DNA from: an uncultured Chloroflexia bacterium
Lineage (GTDB): Bacteria; Chloroflexota; Limnocylindria; Limnocylindrales; CSP1-4
NCBI GenBank assembly: GCA_963780425.1
Contig: CAWABZ010000001.1
Coordinates: 13,084 to 77,083 of the forward strand
DNA: 64,000 nt
Reading direction: 5' to 3'
A model generated the notes under the pieces. That model was given only the letters and a program-made list of their open reading frames with translations, was not told where the DNA came from and searched no databases. The position numbers and the translations under genes are program-made. Shown here in pieces: positions 41,823 to 51,090 of the stretch (positions within the stretch are counted from its first letter, which is position 1; each line of letters starts with the position of its first letter).

Positions 41823-42572
41823 TCAGCGAGATCCGCGTCGACGCGCCGCGATGTTCAACCGGACGTAATCGATGACAGGCTCGCCGACCGCGTCCGCCAC
41901 GGCGCGGACGAAGCTCTCGTGCTCGTCCGCCGGCAGTCGATCGAGGTGTGGCCCGAGGACGACCGCCCTCAGGTAGGCCTCGAACGGCTCCCCGGGCTCG
42001 ATCCGGGTGGGCTCGTCGGTCAGCCAGCATTCGACGTCCACGTAGCCGGCGGCCTCGAGCCGGCGCGTGGTCGCTAGCGGCGTCTCGTAGTGAGCAGGCC
42101 CGAGCCAGCCGTCGCCGATCGTGGCCAGGGCGCGTTTGATCCGCCCGATGTTGCCGGCGCCACCGCACTGCGCGACCAGCCAGCCGGCGGGACGGGTGAC
42201 GGCCGCGAGGTTATGGAAGAGCGCATCGTGGTCGGGGACCCAGTGGAATGTCGCAGTCGAGAAGACGGCATCGACCAGCCCATCCAACGGCAGCGGTCGA
42301 CCCAGGTCGGCGACGACGTACTCGATCCGATCCCCGAAGCGGTCGAGCCGCGCGTGGGCGGCGTCGATCATGGCCGGCGATCCGTCGAGGGCGACGACCC
42401 TGCCCCGCGGGAGGCGGTCAGCGAGCTGCTCGGTCACGCGGCCGGTCCCGCAGCCGGCATCCATGACCCGCTCATCGCCGGCCAGCGGGAGGCGGTCGAG
42501 GGTCCCCATGCCCCAGCGCGTCATCGGATCGGCGACGCGGTCGTAGGTGAGGGCGTCCCAGTCGCGCGCCAT
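41823..42572 (-). CDS. Class I SAM methyltransferase (Tam-like)
   Basis: DAGCGTG, LDGSPAM, FSTATFHWV; TGATG overlap with MFS. Confidence 0.85.
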   Translation of the reverse strand: MARDWDALTYDRVADPMTRWGMGTLDRLPLAGDERVMDAGCGTGRVTEQLADRLPRGRVVALDGSPAMIDAAHARLDRFGDRIEYVVADLGRPLPLDGLVDAVFSTATFHWVPDHDALFHNLAAVTRPAGWLVAQCGGAGNIGRIKRALATIGDGWLGPAHYETPLATTRRLEAAGYVDVECWLTDEPTRIEPGEPFEAYLRAVVLGPHLDRLPADEHESFVRAVADAVGEPVIDYVRLNIAARRRGSR

Positions 42573-44119
42573 CAGCCTGGTGCCTCCTGGGGCCGCAGCC
42601 CGACCCACGAGACCGCCCCACCGACGGCGACGAGCGCCGCGGCCACGCCCATCGCCAGGTGGAACGCCTCGATCGAGGCGCTGGCCGCGGCGGCGATCTG
42701 GTCCGGCGTCGCCCCCGGCCGTGGCGGGTTCAGTGGCGGGAATGCGGCCCTGACCGCCGCCGACGACGTGTCGATGTCCGGCGCGATGGCGGCGAGGTTC
42801 GTGTAGAAGGTCGTGCTCAACGCGAGGAAGATGACGGCGCCAAGGAGCGGCTGCCCGACCCGCGCGATGGCGTTGTTGATCGCCGAGCCGAGGCCCGAGA
42901 AGCGTGCCGGGATCGAGCCCATCAGGGTGTTGGTGAGCGGGGCGACGACGCAGGCGATGCCGACCCCGAACAGCACGACGGCCGGCAGGACGTCGATGAG
43001 GACTGCGGCGGGCGGGATGAGGGAGGCTGGCTGTTCCACGCTCGCTTTCCAGGGGGTGGAGGTCGCGGGAAGGCGCGTGAACCACAACAGGCCGAGCGCC
43101 ATCAACGCAGGCCCGAGGGTGAGGAAACGTCGCGAACCCGAACGTCCCGCGAGCGTGCCGATTCGGGTCGACAACGTGATCAGGCAGATCCCCACGGGCA
43201 GGACCGCCGCGCCGGCAGCGAGCGCCGTGTAGCCGAGCGCGCCTTGGAGCGTGATGCTCAGGTAGCTGAGCATCACGTACAGGCCGCCGTAGACGAAGAA
43301 CGTCGCGACATTGATCGTCGTGAACGCCCGTGACCGGAACAGTCCGAGAGGGACGAGCGGGTCGGGACGGGTGGCCATCAGCATCGGGAAGGCGACGAGA
43401 GCGATGGCGCCGATCGCGATCGCGATCCACGCGGCGGCATCCTGCCACTCGTTCGCGCCGCCACGGATCACGCCGAACGACAGGCCGCCCACGGCGAGAG
43501 CCGCGACGATCGAGCCCAGCCAATCGAACCGGCGCCGCGTATCGACGTCGCGCGACTCGGCCACGTGCCGCAGCGTGATCACCAGCGCGATGGCGAGGAT
43601 CGGTACGTTGACGAGGAAGGCGATCCGCCAACCGATCGTGTCGACCAGCAGGCCGCCGGCGAGCGGTCCGACCAGGGCAAGAGCCGACGTCGCCGATGTC
43701 CACAGGCCGAACGCGCGACCGCGCTCGGACTCGGAGAACGTCTGCGTGATGATCGAGAGGGCGCCCGGAACCATGAGCGCGCCGGCTGCGCCCTGGAGGA
43801 GGCGCGCGACGATCAGGACCTCGAGCGTCGGAGCGAGGCCGCACAGGCCCGACGTGATCGCGAACCCGGCGAGGCCGATGGCGTACACCCGGCGCCGGCC
43901 GTACCGGTCGGACAGTGCCCCGGCGAGGATCAGGAGCGCGGCAAGGACCGCCAGATAGCCGCTGATGACGTAGGTCTGACCCTCGAGGACGCCGACCAGG
44001 GTGGCTGGCAGCTCGCGCCCGATCCGGGGCAGCGCGGAGTTGACGATCGTGCCATCGAGGAACACGGCGCCGGACCCGATGACCGTCGCGACGAGGGTCC
44101 ATCGTTGGCGCGGCGTCAT
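42572..44119 (-). CDS. MFS transporter, DHA2 (EmrB/QacA-like)
   Basis: FLDGTIVNSALP, GALSDRYGRRR motif A, RLLQGAAGA, about 14 TM helices. Confidence 0.9.
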   Translation of the reverse strand: MTPRQRWTLVATVIGSGAVFLDGTIVNSALPRIGRELPATLVGVLEGQTYVISGYLAVLAALLILAGALSDRYGRRRVYAIGLAGFAITSGLCGLAPTLEVLIVARLLQGAAGALMVPGALSIITQTFSESERGRAFGLWTSATSALALVGPLAGGLLVDTIGWRIAFLVNVPILAIALVITLRHVAESRDVDTRRRFDWLGSIVAALAVGGLSFGVIRGGANEWQDAAAWIAIAIGAIALVAFPMLMATRPDPLVPLGLFRSRAFTTINVATFFVYGGLYVMLSYLSITLQGALGYTALAAGAAVLPVGICLITLSTRIGTLAGRSGSRRFLTLGPALMALGLLWFTRLPATSTPWKASVEQPASLIPPAAVLIDVLPAVVLFGVGIACVVAPLTNTLMGSIPARFSGLGSAINNAIARVGQPLLGAVIFLALSTTFYTNLAAIAPDIDTSSAAVRAAFPPLNPPRPGATPDQIAAAASASIEAFHLAMGVAAALVAVGGAVSWVGLRPQEAPG

Positions 44120-44151
44120 CGCGGCAGTGTCGCAGATAGACTCTCGGCGCT

Positions 44152-44859
44152 ATGCCCGGACCCGTGGCACTCGTCGGCGCCGGCGAGTTCCTCCCATCGA
44201 TGTCGTCGTTCGACGCGAGCATGCTCGCCGCGACCGGCGTTGCGCGCCCGCGCGTGGTGATCCTCCCGACCGCCTCGTTCCCGGACGGCGAGGCCGTCTT
44301 CAGGCGCTGGGCGGATATGGGTGTGGCGCATTTCGCGGGTCTCGGCGCGGAGGTCGAGCCGGTCATGGTGCGCGATCGTTCCGATGCCGACGACCCGGCT
44401 GCGGTCCAGGCCGTCGGCGAGGCGGACCTCGTCTACCTGTCCGGCGGGAAACCGTCCTACCTCCTCGAGGCGCTGGCCGGGAGCGCGGTCGGTCGGGCGT
44501 TGGCCGCTGCCCATCAGCGGGGCGCGGCGCTCGCCGGCTGCTCGGCCGGGGCGATGGCGCTGGCCGGGCACTCGTTCGACTTCCGCGTGCGCCTGATGCC
44601 GTTCCCGCTGCGCTGGGGGAGTGGCTTGGGGTTCGCGCCGGACGTCTCGGTGGTGCCGCACTACGACGCCTGGCCGGAGCCGTTCTCGGCCATGATCGCG
44701 TTCCAGGCACCGCGCGGCTCGACCGTGCTCGGGATCGACGAGGACACGGCCGTCGTCGGTCACGACGGCGGCTGGCAGGTGCACGGAGCGTCGCGGGTCA
44801 CGGTCTGGCGCGGCCGGCGCAGGGAGCGATTCCGCGCTGGCGAGGTGTTCCGGGTCTAG
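44152..44859 (+). CDS. Peptidase S51 / cyanophycinase-like (class I glutamine amidotransferase fold)
   Basis: ILPTAS, YLSGGKP, GCSAGAM nucleophile, VPHYD, GIDEDT. Confidence 0.8.
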   Translation: MPGPVALVGAGEFLPSMSSFDASMLAATGVARPRVVILPTASFPDGEAVFRRWADMGVAHFAGLGAEVEPVMVRDRSDADDPAAVQAVGEADLVYLSGGKPSYLLEALAGSAVGRALAAAHQRGAALAGCSAGAMALAGHSFDFRVRLMPFPLRWGSGLGFAPDVSVVPHYDAWPEPFSAMIAFQAPRGSTVLGIDEDTAVVGHDGGWQVHGASRVTVWRGRRRERFRAGEVFRV

Positions 44860-44987
44860 GTCGGGGCCGGGCGGCGGCCGGCGGCCGGCTCGTGCCCTGG
44901 TCCCCGGCGCGCGTGGCCGGCGGCGACCCGGCGCGGTCGCCGACCCAATCGTCAACCCTCTCGCCCACCCTGTCGCCCACCCGTCGC

Positions 44988-45302
44988 TTGGAACATCCCC
45001 ATGTTCCGTCGCGCACGTGAAGCGGGGTTTCGAGCCCCTTCCGGTGCGATCTGGAACGTCACCGCGTTCCGAACCGCGCCGGAAACCACGTCGCCCAGGT
45101 GCTTACGCTGAGTTCGTAACGTCGGGAGGTTCCACCGGCCTGCTTGGAACATCCCCATGTTCCAATCAGCGAAGGGCAGCGCCCTCGGCTCCGGCTCGAT
45201 CGCCCATTGGAACTCTATGGATGTTCCAAACGGCGAAGCAGCGCCCGATTCCGGCGGTCACTCCTTCGCTCAGCCTCTGATTGGAACCTCGTGATGTTCC
45301 AA
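44988..45302. repeat. Array of five interspaced palindromes TTGGAAC-N8/9-GTTCCAA
   Basis: Copies start at 44988, 45051, 45144, 45207 and 45281; gaps 41, 71, 41 and 51 nt; copies 1 and 3 share CTTGGAACATCCCCATGTTCC. Confidence 0.8.
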
Positions 45303-45312
45303 ACGCGAACGA

Positions 45313-45500
45313 GGGCCGGGATGGGCCGGATGCGCCGGGCAGGTCCGGGATAGGCCGTAGAGCCGAACGCGCCGGGATGGCCGGTTGGCCGGGTATGGCC
45401 GGACGCGCTGGGCCGGATGGCCGGATGGCCGGGTAGGGCCGGGATGGGCCGGATTGGCCGGGTGCGCCGGGTAGGGCCGAACTGCGCCGAGATGGGCCGA
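45313..45500 (+). repeat. Degenerate 9-10 nt GC-rich tandem repeat (GCCGG-core units)
   Basis: Runs such as GCCGGGATGG GCCGGATGG CCGGATGG CCGGGTAGG over about 190 nt. Confidence 0.75.
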
Positions 45501-45529
45501 CCGCGCGCCGACCCCGCCCGAGGACCCCG

Positions 45530-45868
45530 TCAGTCGGGCCGGACCGTCCGGAAGCAGTCCGAGCAGTACACCGGGCGGTCCATCCGGGGTCGGAACGGGA
45601 CCTGCGCCTGGTTGCCACACGACGAGCAGACCACCGCGAAGTACTCGCGATCGGGACGCTCGACGCTCCGCTCGTAGCCGCGCGGGCCGCCGATCTCGCG
45701 GACGTCGTAGCCCCCATCGCGGGCCGCCCGACGGCTGGCGCGGCAGCTCGTGCACCGCTTCGGGTCGGAGGCGAAACCCTTCTGGGCGTAATACTCCTGA
45801 TCGGCCGCCGAATGGATGAATTCGACGCCGCAGTCGACACAGGTGAGGGTCCGATCAGCGTAGGTCAC
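45530..45868 (-). CDS. Zinc-ribbon / CxxC-x17-CxxC domain protein (probable nucleic-acid binding)
   Basis: TLTCVDCG.EF.HSA.DQEYY..KGF...PKRC..CR and VCSSCG..AQVPFRP...RPVYCSDCF; GGAGG RBS. Confidence 0.9.
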   Translation of the reverse strand: MTYADRTLTCVDCGVEFIHSAADQEYYAQKGFASDPKRCTSCRASRRAARDGGYDVREIGGPRGYERSVERPDREYFAVVCSSCGNQAQVPFRPRMDRPVYCSDCFRTVRPD

Positions 45869-46236
45869 GTTGCTCCTCCGGGACGCGGTGGTCGGCTGGG
45901 TGCGCCTGCGGAGGGCGACCGCATCGGCAGTCGGGAAAGCGAGGTCTGGCGAGAGAAGCCGGGCCCCGGCGACCCAGGTGCCGATGTCGGAATCCCTGTC
46001 TGCGGGGCGCACCGGTTCGTTCGTGCGGCGCAGGATACAACGGCTTCGAAAATCGGACATACCAGCGGCGTGAAGCCGGCTGGCGGCCGTGACAACGTAC
46101 CTGTCACAATGGCGCGCGAGGATCCGGGCTGGCGAGCGGGGAGTCATGGGGGCGCCTCGCTCGCGCCATACCATCAGGGGTAGCGCCGGATCGTGATCGC
46201 CCGACCCGTCAGCACTGAGAGGGCAGACCCGAGCGG

Positions 46237-47427
46237 ATGCTACGGATCATCCACACCGCGGACGTCCACCTCGGCGCGCGCCACGACGACCTCGGTGAGC
46301 AGGCCAGCGCCCAGCGCGAACGCCAATTCGCCGCCTTCGCGGCCACCGTCGATCTGGCGCTGGCCGAGAAGGTCGACCTCGTCCTGATCGCCGGCGACCT
46401 GTTCGACAGCAACGTCCAGCCGCGGCGGTCGGTCGAGCGCGTTGCCGCGGAGATCAAGCGGCTCGCTGGCGGCAAGATCCGGACTGTGATCGTGCCCGGG
46501 ACCCACGATGCATACGACCGGTCGTCGATCTACCGCGCATACGACCTGAAGGCCCTGTCCGGGAGCACGCCGGACGACGACTGGGTGACGGTCCTCAGCC
46601 CGGAGCTGCCGCGGATCCACCTGTCGGCCTGCGACGTCGTCGTTCATGGCCCCGTCTTCGCGACCAAGCGTGCGCCGCACAGCCCGCTGCGCGACCTCGA
46701 TGTCGCGTCTCACAAGGGCACCGCGACGTGGCAGGTCGGCGTTCTCCATGGTTCGGTCGCGATCCCCGGCAAGACGGACCGCGACGATGTCGTCATCACG
46801 ACCGACGAGATCGGGACGAGCGGCCTCGACTACCTGGCGCTCGGCCACTGGCATTCGGCGCGCCAGGGCAAGGCCGGCGGCGTGACCTTCGCCTACTCGG
46901 GCGCCCCGGAGCCTGTCGCGCTCAACCAGGATCGAGCCGGCAGGGTCCTGCATGTCCAGCTCGAGGCGACCGGTCCCGGGCGCACCGTAGGCGTCACCGA
47001 GCGATCGGTCGGCAAGACGCGTTTCGAGAAGTTGGAGCTCGACGCCGCCGGAGTGACGACCCAGCCAGCGCTGATCGACAGTCTCAAGCGCAAGGGCGAT
47101 CCCGACCTGGTCCTCGACGCCCGGATCGTCGGCGTGCGCCCGGACGAGCTCGACCTCAACCCCGAGGAGATCGAGACCGCCCTCGCTCCGTCGTTTCTGA
47201 AGGTGCGCGTCCGCGACCTGAGCTCGCCTGCGCTCACCGAGGGAACCCTTCCATCACCCGACACCATCTCCGGCGCCTTCATCCGCGATCTCGAGGCTCG
47301 CATCGCCGAGCTCGAGGCGGCACCCACGTCCGACTCCAGCGTCGACACCGCGGCCGAAGCGGCCGAGCTGCGCGACGCGCTCCGGCTAGGCCGGCTCCTG
47401 CTGGACGGCCACGAGGTGTCCCTGTGA
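46237..47427 (+). CDS. Mre11/SbcD-like metallophosphoesterase nuclease
   Basis: HTADVHLG, AGDLFD, PGTHD, LHG, ALGHWH, YSGAPE. Confidence 0.9.
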   Translation: MLRIIHTADVHLGARHDDLGEQASAQRERQFAAFAATVDLALAEKVDLVLIAGDLFDSNVQPRRSVERVAAEIKRLAGGKIRTVIVPGTHDAYDRSSIYRAYDLKALSGSTPDDDWVTVLSPELPRIHLSACDVVVHGPVFATKRAPHSPLRDLDVASHKGTATWQVGVLHGSVAIPGKTDRDDVVITTDEIGTSGLDYLALGHWHSARQGKAGGVTFAYSGAPEPVALNQDRAGRVLHVQLEATGPGRTVGVTERSVGKTRFEKLELDAAGVTTQPALIDSLKRKGDPDLVLDARIVGVRPDELDLNPEEIETALAPSFLKVRVRDLSSPALTEGTLPSPDTISGAFIRDLEARIAELEAAPTSDSSVDTAAEAAELRDALRLGRLLLDGHEVSL

Positions 47428-49634
47428 GGATCCGCCGGCTGCAGCTCCGGGATCTGCGCCGGTATCGCGAGCTCGATATCGATCTTGCCCCTGGCGTCAC
47501 CGTCGTCCGCGGCCCGAACGAGGCCGGCAAGAGCACCATCCAGCGAGCCATCGAGCTTGCCCTCACTCGCCGGGTAACGAGCAACGCCGGCGACCTCGAG
47601 ACCCTGCGACCGTGGGATGCGGCCGCCGATGCCCGCCCGTGGGTCTCGATCGAATTCGAGCAGGACGAGGAGGACGGACGCACCGCCACGGGGACCCTCG
47701 AGAAGTGGTTCGGGGGTCAGAAGGGCACCGTCGATCTCGTGTACGACGGTCAGCGCGTCACCGACCCTGCGCTCGCGGACCAGGTCCTCGCCGAGCTCTC
47801 TGGCATCCCGACCGAGGCGTTCTTCCGGTCGACCGCGTCTGTCCGCCATCACGAGCTGAGCGATGTCGCCCGTGACGAGGCGGCGCTGCGGGACCGGCTC
47901 CAGGCCAGCATCAGCGGCGCCGATCGCGGCACGGGCCGCGCCAAGAAGAAGCTCGAGCGGGCGATCTTCGATCTGACGACGAAGGGTGACAAGAACCCTG
48001 GCAGGCTCAAGATCGCGGAGGCGACCGTCGCCCAGGCGGTGGTGGCGGTCGAGAAGGGCGACCTCGACCTGGCCCAGCTCGAGCGCGACCGCGACACGCT
48101 GTCGAGCGCGCGCGAGCGCCGGACCGAGGCGGAGCGCGGCCTGGCGGAGCGCCGCGCCATGCTCGAGAAGGCCCGTCAGGCCGAGCGTCTCGAGGCGGAG
48201 CGAACGTCCGCTCGCGAACGGTATGAGCGCTTCCGCGAAGCGGTCGAGGTCTCGACCGAGCTCGACGAGCTCGCCCAGACCCACCCCTCGCCGAACCCGT
48301 TGCCGGTGATCCGCCAGGCAGTCGAGCGTCTGCGCGTGCTCGACACCCGGATGCGCGAGCTGCGGGCAGCGCTCGCAGGCGAGATCGACGTGAACTTCGA
48401 CGTTGCCCCCGAGCCGACCTGGCGGCCGCTCGCGCGCTGGGGTCTCCTCGCCGTCCTGATCGGGGTGCTGGTGGCCGGCGGCAGCTTCGTCCTGCAGGCC
48501 CTCGGGATCGTCAACCTCGGCATGCCGCCCCTGTACATCGGCGCGGCCGTGGCGCTGATCGGCGGGATCCTGAGCGCCGTCGCGTTGTGGCTGCGACGGG
48601 GCTCGTCGATGCAAGAGCAGCTCCGCGGCGACGAGATCGACCGTCGGCTGCGCGGCCGCTCAGACATGGAGGCGGAGCTCCGCCAGGCGGAGCTGGATAC
48701 GGAGCAGCAGCTCGGGACGCTCGGCCTGGACGACCTGGCGGCCGCGGAGGACCTCCTTGCACGCGAGGACGCGCACGTCGCGCGGATGGACCAGATGACC
48801 GCGCAGCTCGATGGGCTTGTCGGCAAGGAGCCGCGCGAGGCGTTGCCGAAACTGCGCGATGGCGCGGCCCTGGAGATCGAGCAGAAGACCAGCGCGCTGG
48901 ATGCCCTCGGGCCGATCGCCAAGGAACCCCGGGCACGGGAGCGCCTGGAGGTCGAGGTTCGCGACGGCGAGGCCGCGCTCGACCGCGCGCGCGACGACGA
49001 GGCCAACGCCCGCGCGCGCGTCGAGAACAACCGCGTGGACGCGGAGGAGGTCGCGGCCGAGGCCGAGCGCCTGGCCGTGTGGCGCGAGCAGCTCGCGCTC
49101 CTCCAGCGCCGGCACCGCGTGCTCGACACGACGTTGCGCGCGATCGAGCGCGCCGAGACCGCCACGATGAAGACCGCCACGCGCTACCTCGAGGGCCACA
49201 TGGTGCGCGACGTCGCGACCGTCACCGGCGGTCGCTATCGGCGCGTACGTGTCGACGACAAGACGCTCGACATCGACGTCCACGCCCCCGAGCGAGGCGA
49301 CTGGGTGCCCGTCGGCTCACTCAGCCAGGGCACGCTGGACCTGGTGTACCTGACGGCGCGGCTGGGCCTGGTGCGTCTCGTGACGGGGGATCGGCGCCCG
49401 CCGCTCGTCCTCGATGACCCGTTCGTCACCCTCGATGACGAGCGGGCGACGCGCGCCCTGGCACTCCTGAAGCGCGTCGCAGACGACTTCCAGATCATCT
49501 ACCTGACGACATCGGACCGGTACGACGGCGCGGCGCATGCCGTCGTCGAGTTGCCCGGGCCGGCCACGATCGACGACGGGGTCGCCGATCCGTCGCTCAC
49601 CCCGGTCGAGAGCGCGAGCGGGGCGAGAGCCTGA
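47424..49634 (+). CDS. Rad50/SbcC-like (YhaN-type) SMC ATPase with central transmembrane hairpin
   Basis: GPNEAGKST, coiled coils, two hydrophobic helices, LSQGT signature, LVLDDPF; GTGA overlap with the nuclease gene. Confidence 0.88.
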   Translation: MRIRRLQLRDLRRYRELDIDLAPGVTVVRGPNEAGKSTIQRAIELALTRRVTSNAGDLETLRPWDAAADARPWVSIEFEQDEEDGRTATGTLEKWFGGQKGTVDLVYDGQRVTDPALADQVLAELSGIPTEAFFRSTASVRHHELSDVARDEAALRDRLQASISGADRGTGRAKKKLERAIFDLTTKGDKNPGRLKIAEATVAQAVVAVEKGDLDLAQLERDRDTLSSARERRTEAERGLAERRAMLEKARQAERLEAERTSARERYERFREAVEVSTELDELAQTHPSPNPLPVIRQAVERLRVLDTRMRELRAALAGEIDVNFDVAPEPTWRPLARWGLLAVLIGVLVAGGSFVLQALGIVNLGMPPLYIGAAVALIGGILSAVALWLRRGSSMQEQLRGDEIDRRLRGRSDMEAELRQAELDTEQQLGTLGLDDLAAAEDLLAREDAHVARMDQMTAQLDGLVGKEPREALPKLRDGAALEIEQKTSALDALGPIAKEPRARERLEVEVRDGEAALDRARDDEANARARVENNRVDAEEVAAEAERLAVWREQLALLQRRHRVLDTTLRAIERAETATMKTATRYLEGHMVRDVATVTGGRYRRVRVDDKTLDIDVHAPERGDWVPVGSLSQGTLDLVYLTARLGLVRLVTGDRRPPLVLDDPFVTLDDERATRALALLKRVADDFQIIYLTTSDRYDGAAHAVVELPGPATIDDGVADPSLTPVESASGARA

Positions 49635-49657
49635 TCGACGGTCTCCCGGCGGGGACA

Positions 49658-50491
49658 TTGACCGTGGTCTTCGGTCTGGCAGCGGCCGTGGCCTGGGGGG
49701 CGGGCGATTTCGGCGGCGGCCTGGCGACCCGTCGGGTGCCCGTCTACGGGGTGGTCCTCGTCTCCCAGGCGACTGGCTTCCTCATGTGCGTCGCGGCAGC
49801 GATGATCCTCGGCGAAGCCTTCCCGACCGGGAGCGACCTCCTCGTCTGCGCGATCGGCGGGGTCTTGGGCGCGTTCGGGATCACGATGCTCTATCGGGGC
49901 CTCGCGATCGGCCGGATGGGGATCGTCGCTCCCGTCACGGGCGTCCTCGCTGCGGTGATCCCGGTCGTTGCCGGGTTCGTCATCGAGGGCGTGCCACCGC
50001 CGCTGGTCCTCGTGGGGATCGTGATCGCGGTCGTGGCGGTGATCCTGGTGTCACGCGTCGCCGACGAGACCGGCAATCGCGCCGGCCTCATGGAAGCACT
50101 GACCGGAGGGATCGCGATCGGCCTATTCGGCGTGGCGATCTCGCAGCTGAGCCCGGGCGACGTGTTCGGTGACCTGGCGGTCATCCGGCTGGTCCAGGGC
50201 GTCCTCGTGGCGGCCGCGGTCCTCGCGATGCGAGCGGCGTGGCGGCCGGGCCGATCGCTCCTGCTCCCGCTGATCGTCATCGGCGTCCTGGATACGGCAG
50301 GCAATGCGTTCTACCTGGCCGCCGTGCAGACCGGCCAGCTCGCGATCGCGTCTGTGCTGTCGGCGATGTATCCGGTTGCCACGGTCGTCCTCGCCGCGGT
50401 GGTGCTGCGCGAACCGGTGACGCGCGATCACACCATCGGGATCCTCCTGGCCGGTGCGGCGATCGCGCTGATCGGCGCCGGCGGCGCCTAG
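49658..50491 (+). CDS. DMT/EamA family transporter
   Basis: AWGAGDF.GG, GRMGIVAP, SVLSAMYP.VTV; about 10 TM helices. Confidence 0.85.
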   Translation: MTVVFGLAAAVAWGAGDFGGGLATRRVPVYGVVLVSQATGFLMCVAAAMILGEAFPTGSDLLVCAIGGVLGAFGITMLYRGLAIGRMGIVAPVTGVLAAVIPVVAGFVIEGVPPPLVLVGIVIAVVAVILVSRVADETGNRAGLMEALTGGIAIGLFGVAISQLSPGDVFGDLAVIRLVQGVLVAAAVLAMRAAWRPGRSLLLPLIVIGVLDTAGNAFYLAAVQTGQLAIASVLSAMYPVATVVLAAVVLREPVTRDHTIGILLAGAAIALIGAGGA

Positions 50492-50495
50492 ACGC

Positions 50496-51029
50496 CTAGG
50501 CGCCGGCGCCCGGCCCTCCTCGCACGACGATCAGCTCGGCGGCCTCGATCGGACTTCGCAGGATGACGATCGGGTCGAAGCCCTCGAGCGCCAGGAGCCC
50601 GCCGTCGACCGTGGTCCGGATGGCCGCCAGGTGCCGGTCGACGACATCCGGGTCGACGATCCGCCGTCGCGCGGCGTTCTGGGCCAGGACGGTCTCAGCG
50701 TCGAGGTCGAGGACGATCGCCGCCGCCGGAAAGCCCAGGCTTTGCGCCCGACGGATCAGGGGACGGCGGGCAGCGGGCGCGAGGTTCGTCGCATCGACGA
50801 CGGTGAGTAGGCCGTCCCCGAGGCGCCTGTCCACGGTCCGATGAAGGATGCGGAATGCCACCTTCGACACGCTCTGGTCGTCCTCGTCACCGGACACCAC
50901 GGCGCGCAGCGCGTCGGACGACACGACCTCGTCGGGCGCGAAGAGACGCGCCGCGAGGGTCGATTTGCCGGAGCCGGCTGCCCCGATGAGCACCACGAGC
51001 GACGGATCCGGGATGACCAGGGTCGACAC
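50496..51029 (-). CDS. AAA_33 / polynucleotide-kinase-like P-loop protein
   Basis: GAAGSGKST, SSDALR, VVDATNL; kinase domain only. Confidence 0.8.
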   Translation of the reverse strand: MSTLVIPDPSLVVLIGAAGSGKSTLAARLFAPDEVVSSDALRAVVSGDEDDQSVSKVAFRILHRTVDRRLGDGLLTVVDATNLAPAARRPLIRRAQSLGFPAAAIVLDLDAETVLAQNAARRRIVDPDVVDRHLAAIRTTVDGGLLALEGFDPIVILRSPIEAAELIVVRGGPGAGA

Positions 51030-51090
51030 GCGTCGATGATGCCGCGCCGGCCGGTCGAGCGACCGGCCGGTACCGCTACGGTCCGGGACG

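Noticed and set aside
44988-45302. CRISPR array call for the palindrome array
   Set aside because: Repeat centres vary, interval lengths are uneven (41-71 nt), two intervals are related to each other, and no cas gene is in the window.
44988-45302. LexA SOS boxes, parS sites or integron attC sites
   Set aside because: Gram-positive LexA is GAAC-N4-GTTC, not N8; parS has the arms in the opposite order; GTTCCAA does not fit GTTRRRY and no integrase is present.
45166-45840. Pro/Gly-rich or collagen-like ORFs over the GCCGG tandem tract, and the MGMFQA-repeat ORF at 44952-45158
   Set aside because: These are translations of non-coding repeats with no RBS, and the last repeat spacing (74 nt) breaks frame.
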